DNA from: Asterias rubens
Lineage: Eukaryota
Assembly (NCBI RefSeq): GCF_902459465.1
Contig: NC_047064.1
Coordinates: forward strand, 18,104,001-18,168,000
DNA: 64,000 bases
Direction of reading: 5' to 3'
The notes beneath the pieces were generated by a model. That model was not told the origin of the DNA, did no database searches, and saw only the letters and a program-made list of their open reading frames with translations. Shown here piece by piece: positions 52,001-61,000 of the stretch (positions are counted from its first letter, which is position 1; each line of letters starts with the position of its first letter). Both the position numbers and the translations under genes were made by a program.

Positions 52001-55000
52001 AGCTAATGCAGATTATGCCAAATGGTATACCTTTTGCTGATGGAATCATTACATGGGAAGCTTTGGTTGAGCTCTTTCCATCTGGAATACCTTCTGAACT
52101 TCAAGAGTGGCCATGGGCATTCGAAATGGCTCCCCATGGTGGTTATGAATCGTCTAGCAGTCACAGCAGTGTATCTGGAAATCCAAATCAGTTAGCAGAG
52201 GTAATTCAACCGCTTCTTGACCACTTGTGGAGCGGCCAAATAGTGATTGATTTAATATCGCACTTTGGAGCAGGTGAAGTACCTTGGGAACCAATGGCCT
52301 TACTCTTCCCGAATGGCATTTCTTTTGGAGAGGGGGTACTGTCATGGGAAGTACTGAAAGAGATGTACGAAAGCAGTATTCAACCAGGAGAAGGTGGAAT
52401 GGTGCCCGGCAATGGAGGCGGAAGTGCAATGAGACCAGAAAATGGAGAGGAAAGTGGTATGAGGCCTGGCAGTGGAAATGGTAATGGAACAGGACCTGGG
52501 AACGGTATGATACCTGACAACGGGAATGGCATGATGCCAGATGGCGGAGGTGGCATGGGGCCTGGAGACAAAGATGAAAATGCACCGAACTTCTGCGTCA
52601 GGCTGCCTTTCGGTAAATTTTCACCATCACGACGCGGAGGAGGGGGTGGTTTGATGCCAGAAGATGGTAATGGCATGATGCCAGATGGTGGAATTGACAT
52701 GATGCCAGATGGTGGATTTGGCATGATGCCAGAAGATGGTAGTGACATGATGCCAGATGGTGGAATGGGCATGATGCCTGGTGGAACGGGCATGATGCCA
52801 GACGGTGGAACAGGCATGATGCCAGACAGTGGAACGGGCATGATGCCAGACGGTGGAACGGGCATGATGCCAGATGGAGGAACGGGCATGATGCCAGACG
52901 GTGGAATGGGCATGATGCCAGACGGTGGAATGGGCATGATGCCAGATGGAGAAATGGGCATGATGCCAGAAGATGGGATTGGCATGATGCCAGAAGATGG
53001 GATTAATGGAATCCACAATGCCTGGAGAAGAGCACCTGCGGAAGGCGATTCAGTGAAATACTCATGTTCACATGGCTTTGTGATGATCGGAACACCCTTG
53101 CTAACCTGCACATGTCAAGGAGTCTGGGATAATCTACCACCCAGGTGTAAAGGTATCTAAACTTTTTGACACTTATAATGTGTGCGAATTTAATTTCGGA
53201 AGAATAATATAATTAGTTATCCAGAAATTTAGCTTAAATCCATATGAAAATCTGGCATTTTTTGTTGACTTGTCTTGATCTTGTTTGGAGTGATAGCATT
53301 TTTATTTACTTTACCAAATGTAAATTTTGAGCGCAACTCTGCCACATTACCTACTAATGTAAACCAACTTAAATATGGTTGTTATTCCACGTAGGTGTGT
53401 TCACCACAACAACTACCCCAGGTTACACCCAGCCAATTGCAGAGCTGACAACAATAGATACACCACAAGGTAAGCTTCTAGTCATCCAGTGAATTTCAAT
53501 GTATGTATATTTTTATAAAACAGTCATACGCCTAAAATTGAATCCAAGACACCGAAAGCAATTGCCGTAGAGCCCTATGCTTTTTGATGTAGTGCCCTTT
53601 AGAGTTTCAGTACAAATTTACTTTTTCCTCAAAGAAGAAAAGCATTACATAGAGATAACTGGTGTGAGTTGCCAGAGGAAAAGGATATCACTATTCTGGC
53701 CTCTTTCTATAATGAAGGTCTCCCATAATGATGTAATGTATAATGTTATCTAATTGACCAAAATGAGAGAAAATATTTAGAGCATTTGTTCTGTCTGTCT
53801 TTTCAAATTTTGATAAGCGAGTGTCATTTATCATTTATATTTGCAGACCCATGCTCTTCAAACCCTTGTGCTGAGAGAGCAAACAGTCAATGCATTTCCG
53901 AAGGTGGAGCTTTCAAATGCCCCTGCCTACTATCTTTCTCCGAGTCCAATGGCCAGTGTACTGGTAAGAGAAGCTTTGCATTTTTTCCAAGTATCTTTCC
54001 TGAAGGGTTTTCAAGAGTAATTATTAGGCAATGGGTTGTTCCGTTAATTCCTGTACATGTTACACTGCTAAACGACTCAAATACTGGAGCATAGCCAGAG
54101 GCCAGTAATTTTCATGTCAGGCCACTAAACTTTTGACCAGATGCAAGTCAGATGGTCTTGCGTTTTTTAATAGAAGAATAACCCAACACCTCACTGACGG
54201 ATGATGCCCACGCCTACATTCGTGTGTACCGTATCCGTATGGACTTTAAAGGGGGTAACCCTGTTTCAGAACCAGAAGTATGTGGCAACGGCACAAAGTA
54301 GATTGTAGCCCACACCTTGAAGTGGCCTCTAGGCATTGTGTGTCTGGCGACTTGACTAAAAATAAACATTTTAAAGAATGGGTGTTTTCCATTTTGTCCA
54401 CAAATTGTTTTGCATTGACGGTGTATTGGGCTGCATTGGTAAGTTATGGACATTTAATCCATTGTGGTGTCTGCTTCACTCACATTTTATTCAATTGTAT
54501 ACACAACAAATCTGTAGCAATTGCTAATATAATTATTATGTTCCCATTCCAGAATCAAAAGCATTCAGTGGCAATCTCAGAGTGACTGGGTTAGGCGGTC
54601 AGGGAGTTGAGTTTAGTGAGGAACTGGCAGATCCGTCCACAGAGGCTTTCCAGATGCTTGCTCAGGGCATGGAATCCATAGTAAGATATTTTCAAAGGTT
54701 TGATCAAACCTTTATCTTATATTTTTATGTTAATATATTTCAAGGCAAAGTATATCTTTTGTTTTTGGAACTGTTTGTGTTTTATTTTAATAGCACTAGA
54801 CACTATTGGTAATTACCCCCAAAAACTTGTTTGCATAAAAATTTAATTCTTGGTAATGAGCAATGGAGAACTGTTGAAAGTATAAAACATAATGAGAAAC
54901 GGCTCCCTCTGAAGTTACCCTATTTTTGAAAAGAGGTAATTTCTCACTCAAATAAGAAACGACTTCAGGGCAAAAGCCTTTGACTATGCATCTGTGAAAG

Positions 55001-58000
55001 CTAACACACAAAGTTGTGCAACACACAAATTTGTGCAACAAGTGTTTTTTCTTTCATTATTCTCTTGCAACTTCGATGACCAATTGAGCCCAAATTTTCA
55101 CAGAATTTTTATCACTATACTAGCAAAGAACCCAATGGAGAGAAGACAGGGAAAGATGCTTCGATTTTAGATTTGGGAGGAAAAGCCCAGGGAAAATATT
55201 CCAGGGAAAACCCACCATAGGGTATGGACTGGAAACCCAATCCAAATAGTGCTCTCAGCGGGACTGAACAGAGCGAGGAAAATATACCACTATGGAAGCC
55301 AACCCTATTGCCCCTTTTACACTTTGGTTTAATAAAATAATATGTTTTTCTTTTTCAGATTGATGATATATACATGAACGGTAGCCTGTCAGACAATTAT
55401 CTTGGAAGTACAGTCACTGGTTTCTCAAATGGTTCGATTGTTGTTGACTACATTGCCAAATTCACAGAGGAGAATGGCACAATAACCAATTCAAGTGCTG
55501 TAGATTCAGCTTTCAAAGCAACTTACATGGAAAGTGTCGAAAGCGGAAGCCTTAATGTCACAGTAGATGTTGCAGCCAGTGGAGTAACAGGTATAACATC
55601 AGTTTTAAAGGCAAAGCATACCTTTGGTTTTTGGAGCCGTATAATTGTTTAAATCATATATAAATGTACACTTATCGGGAAAACTAACCTGTGAAGATTT
55701 CATTTCAACAGATGGTTGCTTTTTTGAGATATTGATGAAAATCGTGACTAGTTATGTCTCGAGGCAAGAAGAACAATCGGTAATTGGAATACACATTATG
55801 GATAAACAGTTCTCAGATTCAAATTTTGGGGCATAAAAACTTACACATTTTTACAAAACAACATTACACCTGTCTCTTTAGATCATGAGATGACTTGTAT
55901 ATATGACAATTGAGGTATGGTATATTATGTAAGATAAATAACAATGGTACACAGATTCAAGACTACTGAAAATAAATTGTTGCATGATGCATGATGCTAT
56001 AGTGCAAACCTCACCTCCAACTATGCAAAGTTTCATATCCTACATCCGTATGGACTGTAAAGGGGGTAACCCTGATCAGCCCCAGGAGTAGGTGGCAACA
56101 ATAGTTGATTTGTAGCCTACACCTTGAAGTGGCCTTTAAGCCTGGTGTGTCTAGTGTCTTACATAAAAAAACAATTGTTTGAATTGTACTCACGTTTTTT
56201 TTCATCTGTCTCTTAGATCTGGATGAGTGTCAATCAGCCAGCGACAATAATTGTGCTTCGGATGCAGAGTGTATCAACATAGATGGTTCATTCACTTGTA
56301 GGTGCAACTTTGGATTCGTCGATAACACCCCAGAATACCCAGGACGAGTCTGTGGTAAGATGACAGAACATTAAACTTTACCCGGGCTGATTCATTTTAT
56401 AATGTACAGGAAAGAAGCATCTGTTTCAGACAGGCGCTCCAGAGGCCCGCTGAACCAACTACTGAATTAAGTAAATTGAAAAGTGTGACGTCTGAAGCAG
56501 TTAGAAGTGACTGGACATGCTAGAAGTCAAAAGATCGACTGTTGCTTTTGTTCGGAGCGACTCAGGAGCGTCTTGGTTTCAGACGTTGATCTTGTCATGA
56601 GCCCAACCAATGTAAATGTTTAAGTTTGGGTAGACCTACATGTAGAGTCGCTCCTAATCTATTTGGTTCGGCGCGACTCTGGCGTGCCTGTCTGAAACCG
56701 GTTGAACATCTTACATATTGTCACGTAGAATGTCGTGGCCGAGTGGTCTAGTTCACCAGACGCAAGCTATGGTATTCTTGGCAGCAGTGTGGGTTTTAAT
56801 CCTGGCAATGACACTTGTGCAGTTGAGCAAAGCACTGACCATATTTGCTTCTTAAAAGGTTGGGCAGGTAGTGCATTCTGCACTACCAACCAGGCTCCTA
56901 GCGGATGATCATGATGATACCCAAGCCAACATTCCCACAGACTGTGAATGGGGGTTACCCTGTTTCAGGCCCTGGAGTATTAAGTGGCATTAGCCCCTGG
57001 GGAGCACTGCCCTGGTGGCAGTTAATTTGGGTCGATAGCCCAAATCAGTTAGGTGTAGTACTCATACCTTGAAGTGGGCCGTTCGGCCTTGTGATGTCAG
57101 GCAATCTCTCATACCTACCATTATGTTTTTAGCTGGTAGTATCTTGTACAGTCAGTTACAGGACGAATGACTTTTGACTGACACTCCCAAACAAACCTTA
57201 TTGACAAGTAAATGGAGATCTAGGATCTGAGGCATTGCATGGTGAGGTATCAATGTACATTTGGTTTGCGGTAACACCATGTGTGTATCTACTTGCCAGG
57301 TAGAGTTGTTCTTAGGGAACTGTCTTGCTTTATTCTACTGCCGCGGAGAAGATAAACGGAGGTTCGGGAGACTTCTCAGTTCTGAAAAGAACTGTCCTTC
57401 TTTTTAACTATTACCAGGGCGGATGGTATAGAAATTACTACTACTTTACTACTACTTTAGCTTACAGGATCGTAATTAACTGTACTGCCGCAGAGTCAGT
57501 TCAGAACTGGTCCCAATGTTATATGGAGATCGCCAAAGTTAGGGCTAGATAGCTCATCAGTTTGTAAGGCACCAGCATGTTAACCTGGAGATCGCAGGTT
57601 CAAATCGGGCTAATTAAATCCGGCTCTAGTAGATTTGTCTTTGTTCAAGCCAAAATGTTCAGTCAGTTTTCCTTGTTCAGTAGTTATGTTTATTAAACTT
57701 GTTATTTTTTTTCAATATTTAAACTGTGTTTACTTTTTCCTTCCAGAATTACTGGTAGTCGCCACAACAAGCCCCTCATACGTTGAGTTCACAACAGATG
57801 TTGAGTTCGTAACAGATGTTGAGTTCGTAACAGATGTTGAGTTCGTAACAGATGTTGAGTTCGTAACAGATGTTGAGTTCTCAACAGATGTTGATGACGA
57901 CAACTTCAAAATGACAACGATGACCAATGAACAAGAAATGACGGAGGCTTTTGAGGAAGCAACTATCATGAGCGAAATACTGTTCACAACACGAGATATT

Positions 58001-61000
58001 GTTGACGAGGCCACCGAAGGTGTAACTGAGAGTCCGGAAGAGGTAATATTATATTTATTGCCCAAACCGACTGACCGAACAGCCATGCAATTACAAGAAA
58101 AGGATAATACACAATATTCATATTGCCAATATACATGTAATATCTCTTGGGAATGCTCTCCCACTGAACTAGTAGACACTCTCTCCAGCTTCAAGACCAA
58201 CTTGAAAACTCATTTGTTCAGTCGTAGCTTAAAGTACCGTCATTAAGCAGAGTTCTTTTCTATGCGCCAGGAGTGTCTTCCTAACAGATATGGCGCACTA
58301 CAAATGTCCATTATTGTATTACGTACATAAAATTGAAGCAAACATTACAATTAATTAAATAAATTACAATTGGGAAAAAGAACAATAGCATTATAAATAT
58401 ATTTATAGGTAAGGACAACACAGGCCGAGCCCGAAGTAACAGAGGAACAGAAATCTCGGACAACACCTGTCGATGAGTCAGAATCGACAACACCAGAAGA
58501 GGAAGCCGGCGTCGAGCCAACTGAAGGAGTGAGTGAAGAGCCAGAGTTGGAAATGACGACAAAAAGGGAGCCTGAAGTAACACACGAATCTGAGTCTACG
58601 ACAAAACCTGCTGACGAGTCTGAATCGACAACATCAGCAGAGGTTGAACCCACAGAGCGTGTGACTGTTAAGCCAGAGGTGGAGAGTACAACTGAAGGCA
58701 GGTCTGAAGTGACGCTAACAAGAACGAGTAAACCTGAGGAAAATACCACCAAAGCAGTTTCAGTTGCACCCAAAAGCCCTGAAGTTACAGGACAGCCTAT
58801 TGGTAAATATCAATGCAACAATGTTTTCCTCTACATTGAATGCTAATTAAAAAAAAAAAAAAAAAACACTCGATCAACATTCAATTTATAAGGGGCCAGT
58901 CTAACAGTCTTTGCTCATAGCGCTGTACAATAGGCTTTTGAAAAAACGGTGAGAATTAAGCAAAGATTTAAAATTGGCTAATGGATTAGATGCCTGATGT
59001 TCTGAGGAAGATGATTCCACATCCTTGTTACTGCTGCAATAGAAAAGGCACGATCCCCCTCAACTGCACTTGGTTCTTTCAATGTGAAAGTTTAGGAACA
59101 GGAGGGCAGATTTCTTACAGGTTCTTTGATGGACAATATTTACCACTGCCAGGATTGCAGCAGACGCTGACTGCTGACCTTTTTTAAACCATTTGATCAT
59201 TTCAATGCTGTGTAAATATAGATACGTACAAACAAAAACGTATCTGACATTAATGTTTCTCAGATCAAAATTTCCAGGGGGATAAACATTTTGTTCTCAT
59301 AATCACATTATTTTAAAGTGAAATAGTTCTCAGATTATTTTATACTATCGAAAGCTGCAGCAGTTCTGTCTAAGTAATTCCATGTTTCAAGATTGATTAC
59401 CAAACGTATACATGTACAGACCCTCTTTACAAGACATTTATGACTACAAATGTATATCCTTTACTTTTCAGATCCGTGTTTCTCAGATCCGTGCGCTGGC
59501 AAAGCAAACAGTGAATGCATCTCCAAGGATGATGGGTCGTACACATGTTCCTGCATAGCTCTTTACTATGAATCAAACGGCCAGTGTGTAGGTAAGAATG
59601 AACACTGTCTGAGTAATTTAAAACCTCGACTTGAGTAAGTGGTGTTTGAAGCTTTGGATGGTGTGGAGAATAAGAGTAACTATAAATATAAAAATGAATA
59701 GTAGATTTGCGGGTACATCCATGTGTAAATCTCTTTTGAGGGAGATTGGTCGCGATGTTCGTAACAGTATACTATCCTCGTCTTCAGGAGAATGAGCATT
59801 TTATGCTATCAAAAATTTTGATGCTAATATTTGTTGAGTACTTATTACCAAACGTGTTCAGTGCTTCTAAGCTGGGCCCAATTTCATAGAGCTGCTTATA
59901 AGCACAAAATTCTTGCTTAGTAAAATCAGATTACCGGCCAAGACTCCACTCATTTGGTATGCTAAGTAAACAACAGCTAAATACCATTCACAAGCAATGT
60001 ACGATTGCATGAAATTTTTGCCAGTAACATGTGTAAAATAAGCGGCCTATTTTCGTGCTTAACGACACTGGACACTATTCATGCTATTGGTAATTCTCAT
60101 TTGGTGTATCTCAACATATGCATAAAATAACAAACCTGTGAAAATTTGAGCTTGATTGGCCGTCACAGTTGCGAGATATTAATGAAAGAAAAAAACACCC
60201 GTGCAACACGAAATTCTGTGTTTTTGGATGCTTGATTTCGAGACCTCAATTCTAAACTTGAGGTCTCGAAATCAAATTTGTGGAAAGTTACCTCTTTCTC
60301 GAAAACTACGTCACTTCAAAGGGAGCCGTTTCTCACAATTTTTAATACTATCAACCTCTCCCTATTACTCGTTACCAAGCAGGGTTTTATGCTGAATTTC
60401 TTTTTGGAGTAATTACCAATAGTGTCCACTGCCTTTAAGCAACATTTTTGCTTAAGCAGCTCTATGAAATGGCCCCAGCCCTTTGATTGGGCACAGGCTG
60501 CCAGTAATACTTACATGTGCATCATGATGTTTATTTCTGTGGTGTACATTTTAGCTTCCTCAACATTCAAGTGCCGTCTACGTGTCACTAGGATTCAGAC
60601 CTTGCAGGCAGAGTTCACTGCTGAGCTGGCAGACCCAACGTCTCAGGATTTTCAGTCAATGGCTGCCGACATGACATCTGTCGTAAGTAACAAGATATTT
60701 TAATTTTATAACGCTTTACACTGGCGAAAAATCTACAAATAGATAAATTAAGATACATCAGAAAAAAAAGATTAAATTACCAAGTCAGTGAGTGGCAAGG
60801 AAGAACAGGTGACCAGCACCTCTACAAAGCCGTCCTGCCACAAAAGAATGTCTCGTTAGACCAACCCTCAGTTTAAAAAAAACACCATCCCTCAGATAAA
60901 AAAAATAAAAATAAAAATAAAAGGGGAGGGGGGTCTTGAAGGCAGAACTGACAATTCTGAACAACAACAAGAGCAGCAACAATGTGACACCCAAGTGCAA

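Noticed and set aside
52380-53111. 243-aa minus-strand ORF of PSGIMP repeats (also 52627-53016, WHHA repeats)
   Set aside because: Antisense shadow of the GMMPDG coding repeat, which lacks stop codons in several frames
53153-53160. In-frame stop just after the giant exon donor (GGT ATC TAA), suggesting a truncated secreted isoform
   Set aside because: Stops just inside introns are expected by chance, and no AATAAA is close downstream; needs 3'-end data
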